Shown here: positions 19,013 to 27,151 of the stretch, piece by piece
Numbering within the stretch: position 1 is the stretch's first letter
Layout: every line of letters begins with the position of its first letter
DNA from: a virus
Taxonomy: Duplodnaviria > Caudoviricetes
Direction: 5' to 3' (one strand)
DNA length: 33,827 bases
Virus record (IMG/VR): IMGVR_UViG_3300020185_000150
Span: 1-33,827 of that record
Made by a program: the position numbers and the translations under genes
Notes under the pieces: generated by a model
The model's database searches: none
What the model saw: the letters and a program-made list of their open reading frames with translations, nothing else
Told to the model about the DNA's origin: nothing

Positions 19013-20282
19013 TACCCTTTAGGTTACGCTTGATCGGGTCGCCCCAGCTTGATGTAACCCTGTGGCCGACAGCCAAGTATCTAAACGCATCAGAGCCGTG
19101 AGACGCCCAATCGTGAGACGGTCTAGATCGCCACACCTTGCCGTTGTCGTCGTATTCCCTGTGGTACTGCCTCAGTGCGTCAATACCGCGCTCACAGCGC
19201 TCTGCATCGAACCAGCAGTTGGTCAGCATTGATCTAACCGATTGGATGCCGTCGTCCACCATCAACTGCGGCGCAACAGTAATAGGACGCGCCCCCAAAC
19301 TGTCCAGCACTTCCATGCGGCTTTTCCCACTGCCGAGTTCACGTACTCGCACGTCGTGTGGAAGTATGTGATTGCCGTAAATGTAGCCTTTTTCGTTAAG
19401 GACGCGCATATAGTGATCCAGCCCCACACCGCTTGACTCGTAGTAGTCAATGAGCCTGACCTCCGCCCCGACGTGCTGTGCGAACCAGATAGCCGTCGAG
19501 TCACCGATGCCCAAGTCCCACGCAGTCGTAACAGGTACGGATGGAGCATATTGCACAGTACCAATACGCCCTTGATCTTTGCAATCTCGCATCTCAGTAG
19601 CGTAATACGCACCCTCAGCGTGAACCAGAAAATCGCCCTCCCAAACGTGGTCATAAATGTCTGGCCTCTTCCTTTTGTCTTCTTGGCGCTCACGCTCTAA
19701 CACGTCAGGGAACCAAGGGTTGTCTTTCCAGTTCATATCCACAACAACAGCGTCATCAGGCGTTTGCTCAACGAACCGCTTATGTGTGGCGCTCTCTTTG
19801 CTCTCAGGGTTGTACGTCACCCAGATCTCTGAGTTGTCTTCTCGCACCGTTGGTATCAGCTTACGCCATGCTGTCTCACTAACGGTCTCCGCCTCGTCAA
19901 TCCATGCAACCAATATCCGAGCCTTGGACTTTAGGCTGTCCAGCGACCGACGCAGACCAGCGAACGTGTAGCTAATCATCCCGTCCTTAGACCTGACAAA
20001 CTTGTCGCCCAGTTCGTAATACTCTTCCAGCCAAGGCACACTGCGAATGGCCGCCTTGACCTCTTCCAACGAAGAGTCTTCCAGCGAGTTCATAAACTCA
20101 CGGCCACAAAGTATCTGACCACTTTTGCCCTCTTTGCCCCACTGGTAGCCTCTAACAGCCGTCATCAGTGCAAACGTGCGAGTCTTTGCGCTACCCCGCC
20201 CACCCTTTGCAACGCGATACCGAGCGTCCTTTGTAAAGACGGGTATTAGCTTTGGTGGGATCGTTAACTGCGCCTCACTCAT
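19005..20282 (-). CDS. terL: Terminase large subunit (PBSX/Terminase_3-like)
   Basis: Walker A GGRGSAKT, Walker B WIDEAE, TYNP coupling motif, nuclease WDLG...D and HGSDAFRY. Probable start ATG 20282. Confidence 0.95.
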   Translation of the reverse strand: MSEAQLTIPPKLIPVFTKDARYRVAKGGRGSAKTRTFALMTAVRGYQWGKEGKSGQILCGREFMNSLEDSSLEEVKAAIRSVPWLEEYYELGDKFVRSKDGMISYTFAGLRRSLDSLKSKARILVAWIDEAETVSETAWRKLIPTVREDNSEIWVTYNPESKESATHKRFVEQTPDDAVVVDMNWKDNPWFPDVLERERQEDKRKRPDIYDHVWEGDFLVHAEGAYYATEMRDCKDQGRIGTVQYAPSVPVTTAWDLGIGDSTAIWFAQHVGAEVRLIDYYESSGVGLDHYMRVLNEKGYIYGNHILPHDVRVRELGSGKSRMEVLDSLGARPITVAPQLMVDDGIQSVRSMLTNCWFDAERCERGIDALRQYHREYDDNGKVWRSRPSHDWASHGSDAFRYLAVGHRVTSSWGDPIKRNLKGIA

Positions 20283-20664
20283 CTGGGCCAACCAAGCGGA
20301 TAGTCACAGGCTGGCTCGTTGGAGTCATTGAGCCGTCGCTGGACGTTGCGTCCACCTTGTCTGAGTATCCATGCTTGGTCAAGATCATCTTGGTGATCGA
20401 CGCATTGAAGTGCCCCATCAGACCGTTTCTGATGAGTTCGTCTTCTTGTTTTGCCAGTAGCTGTGTGTAAATGTGAGAAAACTCTTCTTTATCGTTGTCT
20501 CTTGCCCATGCTTGCAATGTCTCACGGGCTATACCAAGACGAACAGCCAGCCCAGCAATGCTTGGCAATGTGTTGTAGTCAGTTAGGTATCTGTGACACT
20601 CTTCCAGCAGTTCAGGCGTGTATTTTGTTGGCCTGCCGCCAGCGTGTTTTGTTGGTTCTGTCAT
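20275..20664 (-). CDS. terS: Terminase small subunit (P22 gp3-like)
   Basis: GRPTKYTPE, PSIAGLAVRLGIARETLQAW HTH, NASITKMIL...GYSDK; overlaps the terL start. Confidence 0.9.
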   Translation of the reverse strand: MTEPTKHAGGRPTKYTPELLEECHRYLTDYNTLPSIAGLAVRLGIARETLQAWARDNDKEEFSHIYTQLLAKQEDELIRNGLMGHFNASITKMILTKHGYSDKVDATSSDGSMTPTSQPVTIRLVGPDE

Positions 20665-20703
20665 GTTGTTCTCTCTGTAAAACAGGTGGAGATGACTGTT
20701 TGG

Positions 20704-23583
20704 TTATTGTTGTCTTTCGCCAAACTGGTCAAGTAAACCGCCAGCCCCAATGCCGACGGGAATAAGTGGTGCGGCTTGGAATAGCGGTACACCCTTGTCT
20801 TTGCCACCAAGAGCCTTACGCATCTCTGGTGTGATCTCTATGTAACGGACTGGCTCTTTAAATTTGTTTTTTAGACTTGGGTTTAGTTCGACCAACTCAC
20901 TCCAAGTGATTTGCCCATTTGCGTATTTTTGACCACCAGTAAACTCAAGCACCTCAGATGCACTTTTTGGCGCTTGTGGAATTCCACCTTCACTTACCTT
21001 TGCGCCATACTTCTTGGCAAACTTTTCCAAGTATTTCGGGTATGTCTCGTCGTAATACTTCTTCATGCCCTCGCCGCCAACTTGAAGATCAAGCCCAGTA
21101 ATTCTGGCTGGCTTGTTTGGGTTCTCTTTTAGCTGTTGCAATACTTTTTTGGTTGCATCTTTACCAACATATTGCTCAAGTTCTTCTGGGTTACTGGTGC
21201 GCCCTGTGTACACAAGGTCGTCGTTCTTGCCGTAAACATTGAATGATTGTGATTCTGGGTTATATATGACCCGATCCACTTGCTTACTCAGGTCGTAACG
21301 CTCTGCCTGTCGCGCCCCAGTGGTAATACCAACCCGATCTTGACCAGCGTCTATGGCATCCTTTACAGCCTTACGTAGTGCTGTTTGATACCAAGTCTCT
21401 TTCATTGGAGCGTCTGGGACATTTTTTGACCGGGCTAAAAATTTGTCAGAATCTAACCTCTGTTGTGCAATGTTTATTGCACCATCTTTTGTACCACCCG
21501 GATTTACATCATTGGTGACATAGGTTATTTCATTACCATCTTGGTCAAAAATATTCCACCCTGCGTAATCTTGCTCAAAACTTGAGGGTATGCGTTCCTT
21601 GTTTGAACGCCGATAACCCTTTTCACGCCCAGCTTGATGCCAGTCTGACTGCACCTCTTCAATGATGCGCATATTCTTGCCGTCAGCATCCACAAAGTCT
21701 TGTGTGCGGACGTGAGCCATTACGTTTGGCTGATCCCAGTGAGATGACTTGTATGCGTCAGTAGTGTGATACTCAAAGTATTTATTTAAAGCATCGCTCT
21801 CAGTGTTGCCGCTTCCATAACGTTCACCAGACTTATCTACCACAATGTACTTTTGAGCATTAGGCGCAGTGCTTGGGTTTTGCATAACCTTGTAACCGCT
21901 AGGCAACTCGCGCTTTGTTGGCAACGTCAGCAGTGTCTCTTGGTAGTTTGTTCCACCGGGTAGTTTGTATTGGTCGTAACGTGGTGGGTTGCTCATGCCT
22001 TGACCTTGCAGGTCTAGCTTTTCGGCGCGAGTATTTAAAAACTCAGCTTCACGAAAATACTTTTCTGCTGTTTTTTTACGCCCCTGACGTTGCGCACGTT
22101 GAGCAGACAACGTTGCTTGTTCTGCGGCATCATACAAACTTTGTGTTGTGCTTTGATCTCGAACGTTGAGTAATTTAATTAACTCATTGTATTTTTCTTC
22201 ACCAAATGAAGGGTCATCAATCGGGTGCTGTTTAAGAGACCTATATTCGGACTCAAGTTCAGTTAAGCGATTTTTGTCAAATGGCTCTGATCCACCAAGC
22301 CTAGACTGTGAAAGCTCAACTTTATTTTGACCAATGTAGTCAATTAGTTCTTGTTTGGTTGCCTTTGGTTTGTCTTTGAAAGCGTCAATCAGACCAATGG
22401 CATCCATTTCGTCTTTCTTGACATCTGGGGCTTTCATTAACTCATTCAGCAAGCCCTGACCAGTGCCGTCGGTCTTTTCAAGGTTTAAAGCCGCTTGCTC
22501 AACAGCAGAATAAAACCCTGACTCAGACACTGGAGCCATAACCATTGGTTTTTGTACAGCTTGTTGTGCAGGTGCTTTGGGTCTTGGTGGAACACGTGCC
22601 ACACCAGCAATAGCTTTGTCGCTTAGTGCTGACCTTACAGCCTTTGGATTGAATGCAACCAGAACGTCTGTGGGTTGCATTGACGCCTCTGTCGCCATCC
22701 TGCCGCCCTTGACATCAATGACGTTTTTAAACTGAACGCCATCAAATCCACGGTCTTTGGCAATACGTGCTACTTGGTCGGTTGTGACCGTTGGTGAAGA
22801 CAGCTTCACCCCCAGAGCGTCATCAACTGCCTTTGATGGAATCTCGCTCCAAAGGCTTTGACCAGCATCAATGACTAGTGGGTTTCTTACATCTGGGTAG
22901 GCGGGTGAAACGTGCCCAAGCCCTTGAGAGCCAGTGTATGAACTAGCCAAGTCGGGGCTTTTTGACATCCACAAACCAATGTCGCCAGATTTGCTTGCCG
23001 CATTGACACCAGCAGAACTCAATGGTTCATATTTGCTTTTTGCGCCACGATAATACAACTCAGGCAAACCAGCTTCATCAACGATCTTGGTCTGACCCAT
23101 GACCTTTGCCGCCGCTTCTGGCGGGAGCATATTCATGTTGAGTCCAGCTTTATTAGCGTAGTTCTCAAGACCTCGACCAACAATTGGTGCGGCTTCACGG
23201 GCAATAGCCGATCCAGCCATGCCAATACCCTTGGCGGTAGCAAATGGGTCAATGCCGCCAGACATCATTTCAGCACCAAGTCGCACATCCCGCAGAGTTT
23301 GGTCGGCTGACTCAGGTGGACGTATGCCTGCGCTGGTTGCTTTGCTTTTCAGCCAATCACTGCCCATTGGCGTTTGGCCAACGTCAAACCCAAGCGCGCG
23401 CATCAAGCCAGCACTCAAATCAACAGGGAATCCTGCGGCGTCATAGGCTAAATCGCCGATGCCAGCAATGCCTGCATTCAGGACATCAATGTTTGACGGC
23501 TTTCGACGTTTGTCTTTGGCAATAGGTGGCGCAAAAGCCATTGCTTCCGGGTCACCTAAAAAGTCAAGTAGTGTTTTTGCCAT
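20704..23583 (-). CDS. Large polyvalent protein: ADP-ribosyltransferase-like domain plus a second enzyme-like domain (EEVQSDWHQ)
   Basis: YYRG...GLWMSKSPDLASSY...VSPAY..VRNP...GFDGV...VAFNPKAVRSA matches the ART-PolyVal pattern. Later motifs are FYSAVE, LPGGTNYQE, SSHW, HVR, EEVQSDWHQ. Confidence 0.7.
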   Translation of the reverse strand: MAKTLLDFLGDPEAMAFAPPIAKDKRRKPSNIDVLNAGIAGIGDLAYDAAGFPVDLSAGLMRALGFDVGQTPMGSDWLKSKATSAGIRPPESADQTLRDVRLGAEMMSGGIDPFATAKGIGMAGSAIAREAAPIVGRGLENYANKAGLNMNMLPPEAAAKVMGQTKIVDEAGLPELYYRGAKSKYEPLSSAGVNAASKSGDIGLWMSKSPDLASSYTGSQGLGHVSPAYPDVRNPLVIDAGQSLWSEIPSKAVDDALGVKLSSPTVTTDQVARIAKDRGFDGVQFKNVIDVKGGRMATEASMQPTDVLVAFNPKAVRSALSDKAIAGVARVPPRPKAPAQQAVQKPMVMAPVSESGFYSAVEQAALNLEKTDGTGQGLLNELMKAPDVKKDEMDAIGLIDAFKDKPKATKQELIDYIGQNKVELSQSRLGGSEPFDKNRLTELESEYRSLKQHPIDDPSFGEEKYNELIKLLNVRDQSTTQSLYDAAEQATLSAQRAQRQGRKKTAEKYFREAEFLNTRAEKLDLQGQGMSNPPRYDQYKLPGGTNYQETLLTLPTKRELPSGYKVMQNPSTAPNAQKYIVVDKSGERYGSGNTESDALNKYFEYHTTDAYKSSHWDQPNVMAHVRTQDFVDADGKNMRIIEEVQSDWHQAGREKGYRRSNKERIPSSFEQDYAGWNIFDQDGNEITYVTNDVNPGGTKDGAINIAQQRLDSDKFLARSKNVPDAPMKETWYQTALRKAVKDAIDAGQDRVGITTGARQAERYDLSKQVDRVIYNPESQSFNVYGKNDDLVYTGRTSNPEELEQYVGKDATKKVLQQLKENPNKPARITGLDLQVGGEGMKKYYDETYPKYLEKFAKKYGAKVSEGGIPQAPKSASEVLEFTGGQKYANGQITWSELVELNPSLKNKFKEPVRYIEITPEMRKALGGKDKGVPLFQAAPLIPVGIGAGGLLDQFGERQQ

Positions 23584-23592
23584 AGTACTACC

Positions 23593-23620
23593 ATTTTACC
23601 AAAAAAAACGCCAACTGCAA
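23593..23620 (-). promoter_or_regulatory. Putative promoter giving a near-leaderless transcript of the 959-aa gene
   Basis: Minus strand TTGCAG, 16-nt spacer, TAAAAT preceded by TGG (extended -10); only 9 nt to the ATG and no SD. Confidence 0.5.
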
Positions 23621-23630
23621 TAGCTGGCGT
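23601..23630 (-). terminator. Rho-independent terminator after ninG
   Basis: Minus strand ACGCCAGCT-ATTGC-AGTTGGCGT followed by a T run. Confidence 0.8.
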
Positions 23631-23661
23631 AAGTTGAGTCCACTCAACAGGAGAATGCTGT

Positions 23662-24204
23662 CTAGTCTACGCTTTCTTTTGCCAAACGTCTAGCCTGTTC
23701 GTTGTAATGCCGGGCGATTTCGATCAGGGCTTCTTTGGTGTATTTCCTTAGAGTTCCGTCAGTCTCCAGAAGTTCCAATTGCCTTTCACCTATTCGCTCC
23801 AGTAGGCGCTTGCGGTACTCCACGTGGTTGCCTGCCAGCCAGTTGTTGCAATGTTTGCATTGACCGTGGACGTTGTCCTCCACAAACCGCATATGAGCCG
23901 CAGAGCCGACCGAGCGGTAGTGGCCAGCGTCAAACGTGTTTGGCTTGTCTCCCAGATGTGTCTCACATGAGATACAGGTCTTCCCTTTGTCCCTTGCCCT
24001 GATGTAAGCGTTAAAGGCTGTCTGGGCTTTCTTGACCAGTTGGGGCTTGGTCTGCATGGCGTCCAGCTTTAGCTTGGTTTCTTTCTTTTCGGCCTTGTCT
24101 ACCACCTGCCTTGCGATTTGCATGGCGCAGGCTGGACTGCACACCTTTTGCATTGGTCTGACAGGAGTAAAAGGCACTTTACATTGCTTGCATTTTTTAG
24201 CCAT
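23662..24204 (-). CDS. ninG: NinG/Rap recombination endonuclease
   Basis: CxxC...QKVCSPAC, AFNAYIRARD, CISC, DAGHYRSVG, NVHGQCKHCN. Confidence 0.9.
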   Translation of the reverse strand: MAKKCKQCKVPFTPVRPMQKVCSPACAMQIARQVVDKAEKKETKLKLDAMQTKPQLVKKAQTAFNAYIRARDKGKTCISCETHLGDKPNTFDAGHYRSVGSAAHMRFVEDNVHGQCKHCNNWLAGNHVEYRKRLLERIGERQLELLETDGTLRKYTKEALIEIARHYNEQARRLAKESVD

Positions 24205-24604
24205 CAATATCTACCCCATTGTTGGCGCACCACGCTTCCAACCAAGACACAAACTCAGACGCCTGATGTTTTTTGAAATCACGGGTTTGCAATCCCAACT
24301 GAATGACGCCAGTCCCATCAAGGTTAGGGATAAGTTGACCAGTGCTTTGGTTGGTATCCCGTAGGTAGGCATCGACAAGGATCCTCTTCCAGTCCTCTTC
24401 GTTGTACGTACAGCCTAAATGACGTGCCTGTTTAGAGGCCTTGCCGATGTACGTATGGTACAGTTTTTCCTGCTGTCTTGTCTTGCTTTCACGCTTAATC
24501 TCCAGCACCAGCGGTATGCCGCCGTCAAGAGCGTCCTTGATCTTCGGCCACAGTTGGCGCAGTTGAGTCAGCGCTTGTTTGCTGTCCTGTAATGTCATTT
24601 TCAT
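24197..24604 (-). CDS. ninB: NinB/Orf-family recombination protein
   Basis: KTRQQEKLYH, EDWK, and TRDFKKHQASEFVSWLEAWCANNGV C-terminus; adjacent to ninG. Confidence 0.75.
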   Translation of the reverse strand: MKMTLQDSKQALTQLRQLWPKIKDALDGGIPLVLEIKRESKTRQQEKLYHTYIGKASKQARHLGCTYNEEDWKRILVDAYLRDTNQSTGQLIPNLDGTGVIQLGLQTRDFKKHQASEFVSWLEAWCANNGVDIDG

Positions 24605-24887
24605 ATTCGTTCTCCCTAACTGCCGTCATGCAAGTGCGGATGGTGTGAGAGTGTCCAGCCCCCCGCTTACTAGCAATACGGTTAAGCGCCTCCCGTAGCC
24701 AAGTGTTGCGCTCGGCTTTGTCTTTGGCGTAGAACATCTGTACCAGTTCGCGAGCCGTTGCCATATTGTCAATTCGCTTTTGCTGGGCGGCAATCTTTTC
24801 AAAGTGGGCACGTTGCTCACTCGTAAATTTCGGCGTAATCGCCTGTGGCCTTGAGCGCTTCTGTAATAACAAAGGTGCTGTACTCAT
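24525..24887 (-). CDS. Hypothetical protein, boundaries uncertain
   Basis: The helical protein-like frame (ARELVQMFY...WLREALNRIASKRG) overlaps both neighbours by 70-80 nt; a competing 64-aa frame exists at 24626-24820. Confidence 0.4.
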   Translation of the reverse strand: MSTAPLLLQKRSRPQAITPKFTSEQRAHFEKIAAQQKRIDNMATARELVQMFYAKDKAERNTWLREALNRIASKRGAGHSHTIRTCMTAVRENEYENDITGQQTSADSTAPTVAEDQGRS

Positions 24888-24942
24888 TTGAACCGTCTTT
24901 CACTTGGTCAAGGATTTTGCGCGCAATTTCAATGCTCATCAT
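24817..24942 (-). CDS. 41-aa hypothetical protein (MMSIEIARKILDQVKDGSNEYSTFVITEALKATGDYAEIYE)
   Basis: Hand translation; starts 6 nt after the upstream stop. Confidence 0.55.
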   Translation of the reverse strand: MMSIEIARKILDQVKDGSNEYSTFVITEALKATGDYAEIYE

Positions 24943-24948
24943 TCGTAG

Positions 24949-25071
24949 TCACCCGCAAGCGTATGCATAAGCAACGCCAGCATAAAAACAAACAGTATGA
25001 ACGATAAATATAAAAACCAAACAGACCATGAAATCAACATAGATGTGACCCTCCTTAACATATTTGTGCAT
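24949..25071 (-). CDS. 40-aa single-pass membrane peptide
   Basis: MHKYVKEGHIYVDFMVCLVFIFIVHTVCFYAGVAYAYACG; AAGGA SD before ATG 25071. Confidence 0.55.
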   Translation of the reverse strand: MHKYVKEGHIYVDFMVCLVFIFIVHTVCFYAGVAYAYACG

Positions 25072-25411
25072 TTTGTTCCTTTTTTTCCGCCCTTGCTTGC
25101 TTTCGCAATTCTTTCCTGCGCTCGTACTCCATCCGACGGTCAAGGTTTGTCTTACGCGGCTTGGGCTTGTCCAACTTGTCTCCCGCGGCGTACACGGGTG
25201 TCTGATAGCGACCTAATGTATCTTGCCGCCAGTCACAGATATGAATAAGCCCTTGACCGTGTAAGGCTCGACACCACCTCCAAGAAGTCAGGATGGCTAT
25301 CTCCAAGGTGTCAGCCAAATCGTGAGCGCTCATCCGCCGGTCGAGATGCTCAAACAACTTCCACGTCTTAGCCAAAATAATGTGATCGACCTGAATAAGT
25401 TTTCTAGGCAT
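25055..25411 (-). CDS. Winged-HTH DNA-binding protein
   Basis: MSAHDLADTLEIAILTSWRWCRALHGQGLIHICDW...PVY; start moved to ATG 25411. Confidence 0.65.
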   Translation of the reverse strand: MPRKLIQVDHIILAKTWKLFEHLDRRMSAHDLADTLEIAILTSWRWCRALHGQGLIHICDWRQDTLGRYQTPVYAAGDKLDKPKPRKTNLDRRMEYERRKELRKQARAEKKEQNAQIC

Positions 25412-25871
25412 TGATAATCTTCCCCTTTTTTTGTTTAAGTGTTGCCGCAATTGTGTCCAACGCTTTGTCAAGCATCGCCAAAGTAGCGACCTCCATTTGT
25501 GCGTCATGCACCTCATAACCCGTTTTTATGGCAGAAAGTTCCTCGCCACGGCAAACGAACCTATCGTTTAACTCAAGAGACCGCTTACAAACGCCGTAGA
25601 GGGCACTAGAAGCGTCTAAAACTAGCTGACGGTACTCTACCCCTACCCCAAGCATACAAAGCGCCTCAGCGACGTTTATGACCCCGATTATGATGTCAGC
25701 TTCTTGTCGTGTTGCCGTGCCTTTTGTCAGCGAGTCCAAGGCGCTCATGTTTTTCAAGTGCATAGTGACGTATTCGGATTCCTTTGCGGATACCTTGGTC
25801 ATGCCTGTGACAACCCAATTCATTGTGTCGAGCCTCACACCCTTTGGTTTGTACTTTGACCGCTTACGCAT
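25404..25871 (-). CDS. Hypothetical phage protein (MRKRSKYKPKGV...)
   Basis: ATG 25871 overlaps the end of the replication gene; helical protein. Confidence 0.7.
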   Translation of the reverse strand: MRKRSKYKPKGVRLDTMNWVVTGMTKVSAKESEYVTMHLKNMSALDSLTKGTATRQEADIIIGVINVAEALCMLGVGVEYRQLVLDASSALYGVCKRSLELNDRFVCRGEELSAIKTGYEVHDAQMEVATLAMLDKALDTIAATLKQKKGKIINA

Positions 25872-26604
25872 CTTGCGGCCTTTTGAATGCTGAGTTAATC
25901 TGGTCTCGAATATGCGCTGGCATCGGAACAGCTTTCTTCCTGTCAGCCATGATTTGCTTGAGAGCGGCGTCCTGACCCGCTGGTGCTGGCACAGTAGTCC
26001 GAGCAACGTCAGCGGCAACTTGGGCAAATGTCTGCTTTTCAGATTTCTGAGAACGAACCCAGTTGCGCCATGTCGCATCCCAGTTCAGCTTAACGCCCTT
26101 GGAACCAGCAACCGATGTCCAGTAGTCCCTGAACTCCTCCAGCACCTTACGCAGATTCAAGTCTGGTCTTTCAGCTTTTGACCATTCCGCTAATTCAGCA
26201 TTAGGTTTCCAATCGGCTGGCAACCGCGACCCGCGTGTTGCACTTCTACTCTTCTTTGTCTCTGTCTCTGTCTCTGTCTCTGTCTCTGGTATAGCATCTT
26301 GATAGCACTCTGCTAGCACTTCGCTATCATCCACAAAAAAACCTTTATCAATCAAATGCTTAAGACCAGTCTTGATGTCTGACTCAGGCATACGCAACCT
26401 AAAGGTCAATTCATCAATAGAGGCATCAAAAGTGCCATCCTTTGACTCACTCGCTAGCAACCACAACAAAGGTGCTAGCGCCTTGCTAGCAGTTGGTAGC
26501 GTCATAAAAGCACGGTCGTTAAGCAACTCCTTGTGCAACTTAATCCAAGGAGGGCAACGGTCTTTGTAATGCTGGAAATGTGACCAATTTTTAGGCTTCA
26601 TCAT
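25864..26604 (-). CDS. Replication initiator / replisome organiser (lambda O-like)
   Basis: KNWSHFQHYKDRCPPWIKLH N-terminus, HTH, ET-repeat linker, C-terminal RGSRLPADW...FRDYW...WDATWRNW; AAGGAGG SD; start 26604 or 26601. Confidence 0.8.
   Translation of the reverse strand: MMKPKNWSHFQHYKDRCPPWIKLHKELLNDRAFMTLPTASKALAPLLWLLASESKDGTFDASIDELTFRLRMPESDIKTGLKHLIDKGFFVDDSEVLAECYQDAIPETETETETETKKSRSATRGSRLPADWKPNAELAEWSKAERPDLNLRKVLEEFRDYWTSVAGSKGVKLNWDATWRNWVRSQKSEKQTFAQVAADVARTTVPAPAGQDAALKQIMADRKKAVPMPAHIRDQINSAFKRPQDA
26257..26286. repeat. (TGTCTC)x5 microsatellite encoding the ETETETETET linker
   Basis: Five perfect hexamers read directly. Confidence 0.9.
26291..26334. repeat. Iteron-like 11-bp tandem repeats, candidate replication origin
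   Basis: ATAGCATCTTG / ATAGCACTCTG / CTAGCACTTCG / CTATCATCCAC followed by an A-rich tract, inside the initiator gene. Confidence 0.6.
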
Positions 26605-26812
26605 CAACCTCCTTGATGCCGTGAAAAGCCTCTTCTTTTAAAATTTCGTAAAAATTTTGGAACGTCTCGTAACGATCCCATGAAATTTTTATTTTATTGA
26701 TTGGCACTATGCAATCGTTGTCAACATACTCTTCAATGACAACGTCGCCCTCGCCGTTCCCGTAAACACGGAGGCGATTTTCTCTGTAAAAACCAAATGG
26801 CATGATGCTCAC
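26591..26812 (-). CDS. Hypothetical acidic protein (73 aa)
   Basis: ORF between the structured leader and the initiator gene; GGGAG SD-like sequence upstream. Confidence 0.6.
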   Translation of the reverse strand: MSIMPFGFYRENRLRVYGNGEGDVVIEEYVDNDCIVPINKIKISWDRYETFQNFYEILKEEAFHGIKEVDDEA

Positions 26813-26834
26813 CTTTTCAACGCTCCCTAGAAAA

Positions 26835-26902
26835 GAAACAACGGCAGGAGAGGGAGGTAACTCCGTTCAGTCAGGTGATCAAGCCCGACCTAGCCGTGTC
26901 TC
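26835..26902 (-). ncRNA. Putative structured cis-regulatory RNA (three-way junction)
   Basis: Outer stem GAGACACGGC(T)AG / CTGCCG(T)TGTTTC; inner hairpins GTCGGG-CTTGATCA-CCTGAC and GGAG-TTAC-CTCC; begins about 5 nt after TATAAT (26913-26908). Confidence 0.55.
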
Positions 26903-26925
26903 AGTTCATTATACACAAATGAACG

Positions 26926-27150
26926 TCAATAAACATCAAACTTGATTGTCCCAGACTTCAATACTTCAGGATTGATGACTATGTCCAACGCCTCGTCTGA
27001 CGATCTATGGTAGCCAATAAGTTTTTTTTGCATCTCGCCATTTTCTACCCAAGTTGCATACTTCTTGTGTTCGGTCATTGTCTTTAAAAGCCGTCGGACG
27101 ACATCTTCGTCGCTGGCATTCGAGTAATTGTTGATGATGATCTTTGACAT
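26926..27150 (-). CDS. Hypothetical protein (MSKIIINNYSNASDEDVV...)
   Basis: AGGAG SD before ATG 27150, adjacent to the DUF3310 stop. Confidence 0.6.
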   Translation of the reverse strand: MSKIIINNYSNASDEDVVRRLLKTMTEHKKYATWVENGEMQKKLIGYHRSSDEALDIVINPEVLKSGTIKFDVY

Positions 27151-27151
27151 T

